Shown here: positions 32,121-42,756 of the stretch, piece by piece
Position numbering within the stretch: the first letter of the stretch is position 1
Layout of the letters: the number at the start of each line of letters is the position of its first letter
Assembly (NCBI GenBank): GCA_048772705.1
Contig: JBLWGC010000211.1
Location: 42,795-106,794 of the forward strand
DNA from: Leidyana gryllorum EB-2025a
Taxonomy: Eukaryota; Protista; Apicomplexa
Reading direction: 5' to 3'
DNA length: 64,000 bases
Notes under the pieces: generated by a model
What the model was told of the DNA's origin: nothing
Databases searched by the model: none
Seen by the model: only the letters and a program-made list of their open reading frames with translations
Translations under genes and position numbers: made by a program

Positions 32121-33275
32121 ATGAAGTCAATCACCTTCGCAACCATCGTTACTATCTCTGCTGCCCAGCACTTCGCTGCGGATCTTGGCAAGAACCCCCC
32201 AGCAGTCACCTGCCCTGCCGGATACACCTTGATGGGCAAGAAATGTGAGCAGATCATCACTGGCGCTCCCCAATCCGTCTGCGCCACCGGTGTCCTTGTT
32301 GGCGATATGTGCACAAACTACGCCGGTACCATCAAACAATGCCCCATCGGCACATCCCAGGTTGGACCTGATCAATGTGCTGTCAACAGATTCCAACCGG
32401 CCGCTTCAAGCTGCCCGGAGGGATTCAGCGATGGTGGCCAAGCCGGCTGTGTCCAGGCTAAGCCTCTTCCTCTCGTCGCCGTTTGCGAGGTTGGTGCTAT
32501 GGATGCTTCTGGCGAATGTCTGTTGGTTGAAACTGCTCCGAAGATTGTGAAGAGTTTTTGCCCTGCTGGATTCCAGGATCTCGGCAAAGGATGTGAACAA
32601 TCTGTGGAGTACGATTGCAGTCCGCCAGTTGTGGATGGCAAAGCTCTGCCTCCTCCTCCTCCTCCTCTCTTGCCCATCTTCCCGTATCAGAAACACAACA
32701 AACACCGCATGCTTGGTTCCCGAAAGTTCTCGGTTTACGCCCCGCGCATAGTTCCTGCTCTTCCAGTGCCTCCTCCGTCCAAAGCTGCTATCCCCCCTCC
32801 CCCTCCGCCTCCTCCTGCTCCCAAAGTTGCCGTTGTGAGACAGACCTGTGTTCGCAAGGACTTCGCGCCCCCCATCTCCGAGGCCTACTGCCCTCCTGGC
32901 TTCACTGAAGTCGGCAAGAAGTGTGTGGCCAAGAAGAGCTATCCTCCCGTCCAGAGATGCAGCAACGGCCTGGCTGTCCAGGATTGCGTGGAGCACCTCA
33001 ATGCTCCCAGAAAGTGGTTCTGCAATGAGGGAACTCTCATCGGCGAGCAGTGCCAGACCCAGGTCTTTGTTCCCATCGAGATTGTTTGCCCTGCTGGCAC
33101 TCACCTTATTGGCGACCAATGCGCCTCGTACACCAAGCCCACTTTCGTCTGCCCTCCCACCATGGTCCAGGAAGCTGGCATGTGCATTGGAAAGAACACT
33201 GCCGAGCCCACTGGCGTCGTTACCGTTCAGTGCACCGGCAAGAACTGCTGGCAGGGTCACAACAAGTACTATTGA
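32121..33275 (+). CDS. Oocyst wall protein (COWP/OWP family)
   Basis: Signal peptide and regularly spaced Cys repeats of type CPAGY/CPEGF/CPPGF...C with a central polyproline insert; intronless. Confidence 0.85.
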   Translation: MKSITFATIVTISAAQHFAADLGKNPPAVTCPAGYTLMGKKCEQIITGAPQSVCATGVLVGDMCTNYAGTIKQCPIGTSQVGPDQCAVNRFQPAASSCPEGFSDGGQAGCVQAKPLPLVAVCEVGAMDASGECLLVETAPKIVKSFCPAGFQDLGKGCEQSVEYDCSPPVVDGKALPPPPPPLLPIFPYQKHNKHRMLGSRKFSVYAPRIVPALPVPPPSKAAIPPPPPPPPAPKVAVVRQTCVRKDFAPPISEAYCPPGFTEVGKKCVAKKSYPPVQRCSNGLAVQDCVEHLNAPRKWFCNEGTLIGEQCQTQVFVPIEIVCPAGTHLIGDQCASYTKPTFVCPPTMVQEAGMCIGKNTAEPTGVVTVQCTGKNCWQGHNKYY

Positions 33276-33536
33276 ACGAAGTACTCAAAGTAGTACTTGG
33301 AAGACAGTGACAACAAGAAATGCGTGCTAGGCGCTGAAACTTCGACATCGAATATCGGACTGGAGTACTACCCTCCTTCTTCTCTCTTTTGACTTCTTCG
33401 CTATATTCGCAACAAAGTCTTGTGCTTATTGCTAGGAATTTAATTCGCAGTCGTCGCCTTGAGAGTAAATCCATATCACATGGGCAGTGTGTCTTCACTT
33501 ATATAGTAAATAGATCAGTGGCTTGTGCAGCACGTC

Positions 33537-34326
33537 TCACATAAGGACGATCAGCCACGCGATAATGATGTAGAAAAGCCAGACAGGGTAGACTGCCAGA
33601 ACCTTTTTCTCATCGGAGGTGAGCGCGGAGATGAAACTTGTGGATGCTGTGTGAAAAGGGAGTGTCCAGTGAACTTCGGAGATTCTTACCGCCGCAAGCC
33701 CAATATACACCAGCTCCAACCGCTACGAGCTTCATGAAGTTCAGAGCATGGGGAATGAATAGGCAGATGACAGAGGCGACGTTTAGAGGGAAGAGGCAAT
33801 ATCCCAGGACGCACACCGATTGGAAGAATGAACTAACATGGAGATTGATTAGGCAGCAGGATTACGCTCCGACTTACACGTTGTGACCGAGGAGGGACAC
33901 ATTTAGGGTGACAATCCCGGCTCCGAGCCAAGTAACGAGGAAAACGAGGGCAAATACAGCCCTTTTCTGATCTGCTTCAGCCTGCGTCCACAAAACTCTA
34001 CGGTATGGGGATTATGCGATTGTAGGCGGTGCGATCGAGCTTACATTGACAATGCAAGGCAGAGTAGAAGAGGGCCCCAAAGGTCCCACTGTTTCAAGAT
34101 GCCTCCGTCCTCCTGTCGTGAAGCAGGCAGCATGACATATTCCAGCTTCTGCCAGACATTCTTGAGATCTCTCATCTGATTGGCATAATGAGTATCCGTG
34201 GATGCTCAGTGAACGTACGACAGTATCTCTGATAGGCTCAGAGAGGAGGTCATGTTTGGCAGCATCGGTCGAGCCGATAAATTCGCCACCTAAGATAGTT
34301 CGCGCGGAGTTGGTAGTGGGCAGCAT
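33537..34326 (-). CDS. Yip1-domain Golgi protein (YIPF6-like)
   Basis: LSEPIRDT, WDLWGPL, SVCVLGYCLFPL and LAVYPVWLFY; multi-exon. Confidence 0.88.
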
Positions 34327-34391
34327 TTTTTTGGTTTGTGGTAAGAAACCTGAGGTTTGGGGGAACCAAAGGACAAAAAAGAATGTATCTA

Positions 34392-37300
34392 CTAGACAGC
34401 TTCCTCTAACTTAAGCTTCGGGCACACATTCATTGCGAGTAGTTCTTGGAAAAGGAGCTTGCAGGCATAGGGGATTGTTAGTTGAGCTACACCCTGACGA
34501 CTTTTGCAGTACGGACAGTATCCATTATAACCGAGGAGTCCACATTCTGAGAGTGTTGGAGTGTTTGGAGGTAATTGAGAGGTAACTTACTGGAACAAAC
34601 ATATGCCTTGAATGCGTCTGATGAGAGCATCAATCTTTCGAGAATTAGATTACTCGAGCCATAAGCGACGAGACAATCCCTTTCCATTTCTCCGAGTCGT
34701 AATCCACCCATTTTGGCTCGTCCTTCTGTAGGTTGGCGGGTGAGCAGTTGTTTGGGTCCTATGCCTCTCGCGTGAATTTTGTCCTGCACCATATGCTTGA
34801 GCTTTTGGTAGAAGATGGGGCCGTTGAAGACATAAGTTTCGAGAGCTTCGCCCGTGATGCCGCTGGTCAAGTAGTCTTTTCCGCTGTAATGGAACCCATT
34901 GCCCATAAGCACCTTGGCGATGTCTTTGACTTTGGTGCCACCAAAAGCCGTCCCGTACTTCAGTTTCCCATCGAAGAGAGCAGACTTTCCGGCGATCAGT
35001 TCAATCATCTTTCCGACCGTCATACGACTTGGGAACCCGTGAGGATTCATAATCATGTCAGGAGTCCACCCCTTCTCGCTGAATGGGAAATCTTCTGGTG
35101 AAACTATGGAACCGACCACACCCTTCTGCCCGTGACGACTACTGAACTTATCACCAAATTCTGGTGGACGAGTTTGTCTGAAGATAAACTTGTATATGAT
35201 ATTCTCCTGCTCATTCTCTGTCACAAGGATTCGATCAATGTAACTAGGAACCGGCGTCTTGTACTTGACTGGAGCACGACGGTAATCTCGGCGGGCACCT
35301 CGTTGCGGATTTTCTGCGTCTATAGGGATGTGCTTGTTGGCATAGACCTGGTCTGCGGACAAAAGCGATCCCACTGCTGCCACACCGTCACTCTCTATGA
35401 GCTCGAGCTCCTTTCGCATCCGTTGCGGCTGACCTCGCGGATTCTTGGGATCTTCGGGAGGCGGTGGTAAACAGACGTCCATGCAGTCGGCTCCATCGTA
35501 CTTTTTCAGCTCCACTGCGTACCTTTTGATCACGTAACAACGGCCATAGCCTCGGTCTATGGCTCCTCGGTTCATAATAATTGCATCTTCAATATCATAG
35601 CCACTGTAACTCATAACAGCCACAGAAGCTGCATGACCGGCTGGTAACTTGTCCAGTCCAGCCAACTCTATCGTCTTGGTCTTGCAGAGCTGTCGCTGTG
35701 GATATACCAGGAGATACAGTACGTTGTCCACGCGATTCCATTGATTATAAGCCATGACTCCCATTGCTTGTTTACCCATAGCGCATTGATAAGTGTTTCT
35801 GGGAGACTGATTGTGATGGGGATACGGGACCAGTCCGCTTATAACCCCCATTATGGTCAATGGATCAATTTCAAGGTGAGTGGTGTCTCTGCACGAAATC
35901 AAAGCAAACGTGTGTGGAGCCGATATCAGAAACAGGCTGCTTACGCATATATATTCTCCTCTCGCATGGCGATGATGATATTGTTCTCCTCATTGACATC
36001 AATCCATTCCAGAACACCCTGCGAGCATTGACGCGAAGCAGTGAAGGAATAGAACTTACATTTCGAAGAAAGTCGAAGAATTGCAATTGCCCGCGTTTGA
36101 CCATTCTGACATGTTCTTCATTAAGTCTTGGTTTCATGTTGTCCACAATGATGAGTGGTCTGCACAGTCTGCCGCCGTCAGATGCAATATATATGGCTTG
36201 ATGTGACTGATTGTCAAAGATGGAAACAAAACCTCCGATATCGCCACTGCGTCGGAGGGCGCGCCAGTTCTGCATGAACTGTCGCGGCCGTTTGTGGACT
36301 CCGAGTAGACTTCCGTTCAAGAAGACGAGGTAAGCCCCCTGGTCGTGTAGTTCCTCGCCACTGAGAGAGCTGACGTCTTCGACGCCCAGCATGTAAGCAA
36401 GACGTTTAAGTGGAGCATCATCCTCATCGGTTGTGATTTGAGTCATGAGTGAGAGATTCTTTACGATACCAATGCCTTCTCCTTCGGGTGTATCACAGGG
36501 ACACAGCATTCCCCATTGACTGGGCTGCAGCCAACGAGGAGTGGCCAGTTTCATTCCCTTTTCGACACCCGCGACCATTCTAGTCATGATACCGAGGGCG
36601 GCAACATAACTGAAGCGGCTGACCACCTGGGCAACACCACTTTTCTCCATTCTGAAGCGTTTGATATTCCAGTTGCCCGTACTGAGAGCACTCTGAATGC
36701 CACGTGTGATGATGTCACCGGGCAGATCTCGACAGGCATCCGGATAAAAGTCTTTCATGCCAGCTGCGGCCTTGGAAGCGGCGCTGGTGCGTTTGGTCAT
36801 CATATCTTTGAGTTGTGTGTCAATCATTTTCTTGAACTCGTCTCTCCAGGTTTTAAACTTATCTTCGAATTGCAGTCCCAGCAACTGGCCGCTCAACTCA
36901 ATACGTTTGTTGCCAAAGTAGTCTTTGTCATCAATGAGGGTTTTGTCGAGAATAGCGTCGAAGACCCTTCGGATCATCAGACAGAGGAAGCGTGATTTGG
37001 GCCGGAAATCATTGCCACTTGTGGGAATGTGCGAGAGGATGACTCTGTGGAGCGCATCAACGGCCTCGTCCACCAGCGTTTCTTCGCTCTTTTTCGTCTG
37101 ATCTTCTTTGATCCAAGATTTTTGACGAATTCGGGCTCCAACATAGCTCAAAGCTTGGCGCTGACTTAAGATTTCAGCCTCAATTGCCTCCTGCATACTC
37201 AAGTGAATACACTCCGCGTGGTGTTTGCTCGTTCCAATCATTTGAAGGATCTCTTGATCTGTCTCGATACCCATTGCTTTCAGAACGATCACTGCTGGCA

Positions 37301-38247
37301 GATCGTCTGTGAATGTATTGTGGCGCACATACACCTTGTTATTCCGCCAAACGGTTTGCGTCCGACTCTTCGTCTCAGTCGACACACTGCTCACGGTAGA
37401 GCACAAACACTTCTTGAAGTCGTACTCAGTGATGATACGATTTTTGCTCAGGTTCTCCTGCATCAAGATCACCTTCTCCTGCCCCTTGACAACAAAGTAT
37501 CCACCCGGATCCATAGGACATTCACCCAAACGAGTGATCTCTTTTTCACTTTTCTGCCACATCCAGCAACAGCACGACCGCAACATTACTGGGAACCGCC
37601 CGATACACAGGTTATTCTTCCTGATGATTGCTCCTCCCCGGTAGTACTCCACGTCCACCAGAATTGGTGCCGAATAGGTCGTATCACTCTGCCGACAACC
37701 CATTGGAGTCAATCGCCGAGCATCGTGACTCGCGCTCATCGGCTCTCCAACTCTGCAGTCCAAGAACTCCAGAAAAAAGTTGGGATCTACATCCGAACGA
37801 ATTATCCGATTCACTTCCGCCCGCACCAATTGGCCCATTTCCACCTTGACAAAGTGATTATACGAGTCAATATGTTGCTTTATGAACCCTTTGGCCCTGA
37901 GAAAGGCGGGTAATAGTTCCCATTTATCCTGCGAAAACACAGATGATCCCAGCTTCGGTCATAAAAATCAGAGCACACATGTGTGTGTCGATACATATTC
38001 AAAGGTACAAGCGCTCGTGTGATAACTTAAACTTTCGGTTCCGACTCAGATCCACACAAGACATAGCCATTTATATACGTAAGGATCCGCAATACGCATA
38101 ACCACAGACATGATTGGATACCTTTATTTCAGGGACAGGACTCGAATATACAGCGGCAGCATTAAGAATAGCCTCTTCTTCGGCTTGATCGATCTTAAGA
38201 GGTCCCTCCTCATCGAATCGCACTTTCTTAATCGCCGGTTCGCCCAT
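34392..38247 (-). CDS. RPC2: RNA polymerase III second-largest subunit
   Basis: [53 protein letters not shown] and [11 protein letters not shown]. First exon MGEPAIKK... is followed by a 193-nt intron (37929-38121). Confidence 0.95.
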
Positions 38248-38356
38248 CTTGAACTCGAAGTCCGTCAGGGCTCGATGCCAGTCAGTCCCAGCAACCCCAA
38301 AATTTTGCCCTTTCTGGCTAAGTCAGGAAGAGATGAGTCACCATTCCCTCAGTGGA

Positions 38357-41300
38357 TTAGCCACACCATGCTACTACCATGGAGCCAACCAATGCCGATG
38401 TCAGCAAAGCGAAAGCAACTCGAGGAGCCCACTCCGAATCCAGCCGCTCACGATGTAGAGCTTTACATTGACGGCTGAGGTTTGGCAAGCCGTTGTCAAG
38501 ATTGAATCCATCAAACTTTGTACTTACTTCAAAATCTTCGCGGTACGGCTGTAGTATACAGCGTACGACAGCGATATGCAGACGACGCATACCGCAGCCA
38601 GGAAGACTCCTAGACCCTTCAATAGGGCACCTCGCCCCAGCTCAATGAGCACCATGGCCAAGGCGGCAAGGTATAGGCACTTCTTGATGTAGTGTAGGAG
38701 TGTACTGCACAGCGCCTCATATATGTACAGGAAGAGAGAGAGAGGGTGAAGGGCGATTGTCAGTGTGGGAAATGAGTGTTGATGCACGAGCTCAAAGGGT
38801 CCGGAGCCTCTTTTTCCCCCCGAAAGGGGCGGGCCGGCCGAGCTTCGCGCGTGTGGGAGAGGCATTCAATCTTACCGTTCAGACGCTAGTACACTTTTCG
38901 GGTCTAGTTTAGTCACGGTTTGGGCTCGTGCATGGATTTGTTCCATGTAGCGACCCTGCAGGGCCTGCTGTTCCTCTTCGTCCATGTACTCGTCGCGTTT
39001 CTGCGCCAGAATGTGGCCGCGCATTCGAGTGAGCCCTACGAAGCTGGGATCCACTCGTCCTGGGCGTCGACGTGCTCCGGGGTAGAACGAAGCGAGAAGC
39101 AAGGAGCTGCGTACGGGAGGCTTTGACTTGCAAATCGTCTTTGACTTACCGACGCTCTCCTGTCAACAGTGCATTGTAGCGACTTAATTGGGAGCTTCTC
39201 CCGAAGGGGGAAGCGTAGAGGGGCGAAGAGGAGGATGGGTTCTCAGCAGTTCCGGGGTCTTGTTGTTGGGCGTTTGCGTTTCGCGGTAGGATAGCATTAG
39301 AGTGCAAATTGTGGGTTGTTCCGGTGATGTACGAGTCTTCCAGTACTCCTGTCAAACCTGCATGATGGGCGGCAGAAGAGCTAGTTGGTAAGCTGAACCC
39401 TGGGGTAAATCCTCTGTTTTCGAAATCCGGAATCCAATGAGGAACTCCATAGGGTGCCACCCGCTCTCGATGCAAAAAGGCCATGCCGTGCTGAAACTTG
39501 GAGAACTTGTACACCATCTTGGCATTAGATTCACTGCGACGCGCCGTTGCAGACAGACACACAGACCTCACCAAAGCATCTGAGATACCCACGAAGGTTG
39601 CTGACACTGCAGCTTGACCTCCAATACAGCGTACGGAAATCGTACAACCTCATCTTTCCCTAGAATCTCCTCAGAAACTCGACACCACGGAGGTTGTGGG
39701 TGGAAGTTCGGCTGATACTCATTCACCATACACAGGTTCACGTCGAGCGAGAATCTAACATCATTGTCTACGGAACAGAAAAGAATCTTAGCCAAACGCC
39801 CGCAAAGCACAACACGTCGTAGATATACCATCCATACCACCACAATTAAAACGATCTGAATCAGAGATCACACAATCACTCGGTACATCGCCAATCATCC
39901 CTCCCACTCTCGCTCTCACGAACACACACACACACACACATTTCGAGTGCCCTCTTACTGTCGGATGCCTGGAACGCAGATCGTAAATAAGAGGTCCTGA
40001 CCATCGGTTGCAACCTATGTGTCTGGATGGTGGAGGATATCTCGCGCCCCAAACGCAGCAGATTGGTGATCTTTTTGTGCTGCTTTGATACCTACGATTA
40101 TTAAGACAGAGATCTCCACGAACGACTCTTTTCCACGCCGTGGATCTCACGTTGGTGGCACGGGCCAGATACGTTGCCCATTCATCAATGTCAACTTTCC
40201 CCTTCAGGAAATCGAAAACTCTTTTTTGCGGGAGAGCGAATCGTTCCTTGGTGGACGACTCCCCGCTCCAGCCTTCATGATGCGTCTTACGCTCCACAAA
40301 GACTTCCTTGTAAGGATCACCGTCGTTTTCACCGTACCAGCGACATCGGATCAGCTCTGCTCCTTCAAAGCGATTCAACCGCTGGTGGTAACAGTGAGAG
40401 TCTTCCGAGTCCAAGTACACGCTCGACACCAACTGACCCTCCTTAACCGGCGCGTTCTCTTGGGGCCTCTGACATCCCAACTCAAAAGGATCTATCAGGA
40501 ATTCCTTGAGTTGACAAAAATGCCAATATCAATAAACCTCCGGCTCAAGCCGACTCACCAGCTGAGATGAAGTGTACCCAAATATCAGGTAAGGTACATA
40601 TCGAACCATAAAGGCTTTTGCTCCTGGTACCTGATCCGGCCTCAACCAATACTTTGTTGTGTTACGAACAAAGCTCTCAGGAGGCTTCCATGCATCGTTG
40701 TTCCCCTGACCCCGCGTTAGACCATTTAGGGTCGCTGTGGCCTCGCGGTACTTCTCCCATAACAAACTCAACGTTATCAAGAGCCGTTCCAGATCCAGAC
40801 TAGCGAAAGGCTCCCGAATCAATTGAGCAACAAACCAGGCCGACGAAGATCGACCAAAGAGCTGAAAGCAAACGCGTCAGTACGACGAAACTAGATACGC
40901 CCTGGCCAGCGGCCCCAAGATCAACAATCCGTGACCCATTGCAGCCCGCGGTTTTGAACGCGTTCGCACACCCGCTGCCGCCGACCGGCCAGTACTTACT
41001 TCATCAAAAGCGATTGACGACCTGACGAAGGCTGTGAAGTTAGCTCGAACAAATTTGTGTAAGTGTACAATTTCCTTAGATATCTCCAGTATGGTTCCTT
41101 CGGAATCATGTAATACCGCTTGCCTCTCGCTCTCGGTTAAGGCAGCGCCGCCCCGAGAACCCAAAGCGTTACCACCCTGTGTTCCACCATTTAGACTACT
41201 CCATTTTCGTGGTGACGTCTTTGAGTACGGCTGGGGTCCGGCAGAAGATACAGGGCTACTTTCTTTCTCCATTAGACGTCTGAAGGCTTTCAGATCTCGG

Positions 41301-41524
41301 GCACAAACTTGCATTTCCATTGTCAATTCCTGTTGCTTAAGGACAGCAAACTGATTCACTTTATGCAACTCATCGCTCATTAAGTCGGTGAATTGCGAAT
41401 CGGGGCTCCGCATACCGCCATTTCCTTGCTGTCGTTCCACATTCTGCTTGATCGTCACCAGCGCTTTACGGATCGCCCGTGTGTCGATGTAGAATGGCTT
41501 GTAAACATGCTCCATAGCCTCCAT
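38357..41524 (-). CDS. VTC4: Vacuolar transporter chaperone / polyphosphate polymerase (SPX + VTC + TM), VTC4-like
   Basis: RNTTKYW, SVYLD, RCRWYG, FVERKTH, FPYAVLEVKLQ and KFSKF (catalytic-type Lys retained); C-terminal ASERTLLHY followed by three TM helices. Confidence 0.85.
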
Positions 41525-41540
41525 TTTTTTTCGTGTGGTG

Positions 41541-42342
41541 ATGTTGTCCACCTACACTATATTGTTCTTACTCTTCACCATAGACTATGCTAACTGCGAT
41601 GGTAAGCGGAATGCTCAAAATATCACATGTCTCCGCAGGATTTGCGTCAGCTAACTCTGCCAATTACCTTGTACGTCGACCAATAGGGCACACACACATG
41701 GACATAGATCATTCCACACGCTGAGTACATCTGCGAGGGCACTGAACTCCTGAATAGCACCACTGATGGCATGGCTTTACCAGAGGCTCAGCAGCTCTGC
41801 AATCAGACCCCTGGGTGCAGTTTTATTAGTATGCATCGTGCTAACCCCCCAGTACCTTCGTTCGGATGGATATGCCAGGGAGATGGCTGGCTCAAACGAT
41901 TGAGCAGCATAACTACATCTGATGATAGTGTCCCCCCAGATAATGATGCACAGGAGTACATTGCAGTCAATCCAGCTGTCGGTAGGGTTCCAGAGCCATG
42001 TAAAATGATTCATACGTCCTTTCAGTTGCTCCTCCGACCTACAAACTACAAGTCAATACCAAAATGGCCTGCAGCAACGTCATCGACCAAGCTGCAGGCC
42101 TTTTTGACTTCAAACATCTGACAAATGCGTGCGATATGGACCCCCAATGCGATGCATTCGCGCTCAACGCACGCGCGGACCACCATTTGCCCCCCACAGT
42201 GAGCTTCTGTAGAGGTAAGATTGTACACCAGACACCAGTCCTTATAATTGAGCGGCATGGCTTTGTTTCATCAGGGAGTGGGGGAAAGAGTCAGGCAGCC
42301 TACGGCCATGGTGAGGGCAGCAATGCAGACCACTTGTCATGA
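41541..42342 (+). CDS. Small secreted Cys-rich protein with PAN/apple-like modules
   Basis: Signal peptide MLSTYTILFLLFTIDYANC; introns 41602-41638 and 41671-41707 keep frame; motifs QQLCNQTPGCSFI and NACDMDPQCDAF. Confidence 0.55.
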
Positions 42343-42692
42343 AACGATTCATAGTCTTTGCTATCCGCGTTCCAGGGACTCCGCGTACGGCAGGGAACCT
42401 TGGATCATCAGCAGACCTTTCTTCGTCAACCTCACAGCTGACTTCAAGTACTGGCGGAGGAAAGGGAGTTCTGGCTGCCTCGAACGACGACACTCCTAAT
42501 ATAAAATCAATTGCACAGCGCAAGGCAGCAGGAACCTCTGGAGGGGTTCTTCCACCCTCCACCAGTCTTTCAGAAAGATACGTTTCTTCGTCCGAGAGCG
42601 GCGCTTCTTCTGGTAGCAGAAATGGAGCAGTGGTCAGCGATGACTACCATCCACTTTTGCGCGCAGGCCAGATAGCGGCGATCTCGTAGCAT
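42242..42692 (-). CDS. Small hypothetical protein; 3' end uncertain
   Basis: MLRDRRYLACAKV splices via a short intron into the frame of ORF 42242-42562. Confidence 0.35.
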
Positions 42693-42756
42693 TCAGAAGG
42701 TTATTAAGAGAGAACAGTGAAGAGGAGGGAAGAAAGAATTTAGCGTATCAACAGCA

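Noticed and set aside
32406-33260. 284-aa antisense ORF over the oocyst wall gene
   Set aside because: It is explained by codon bias of the sense gene and shows no independent protein features.
33264-33370. Four AGTACT sites and a small hairpin around the oocyst wall gene stop
   Set aside because: The 7-bp stem could arise by chance and I found no second example.
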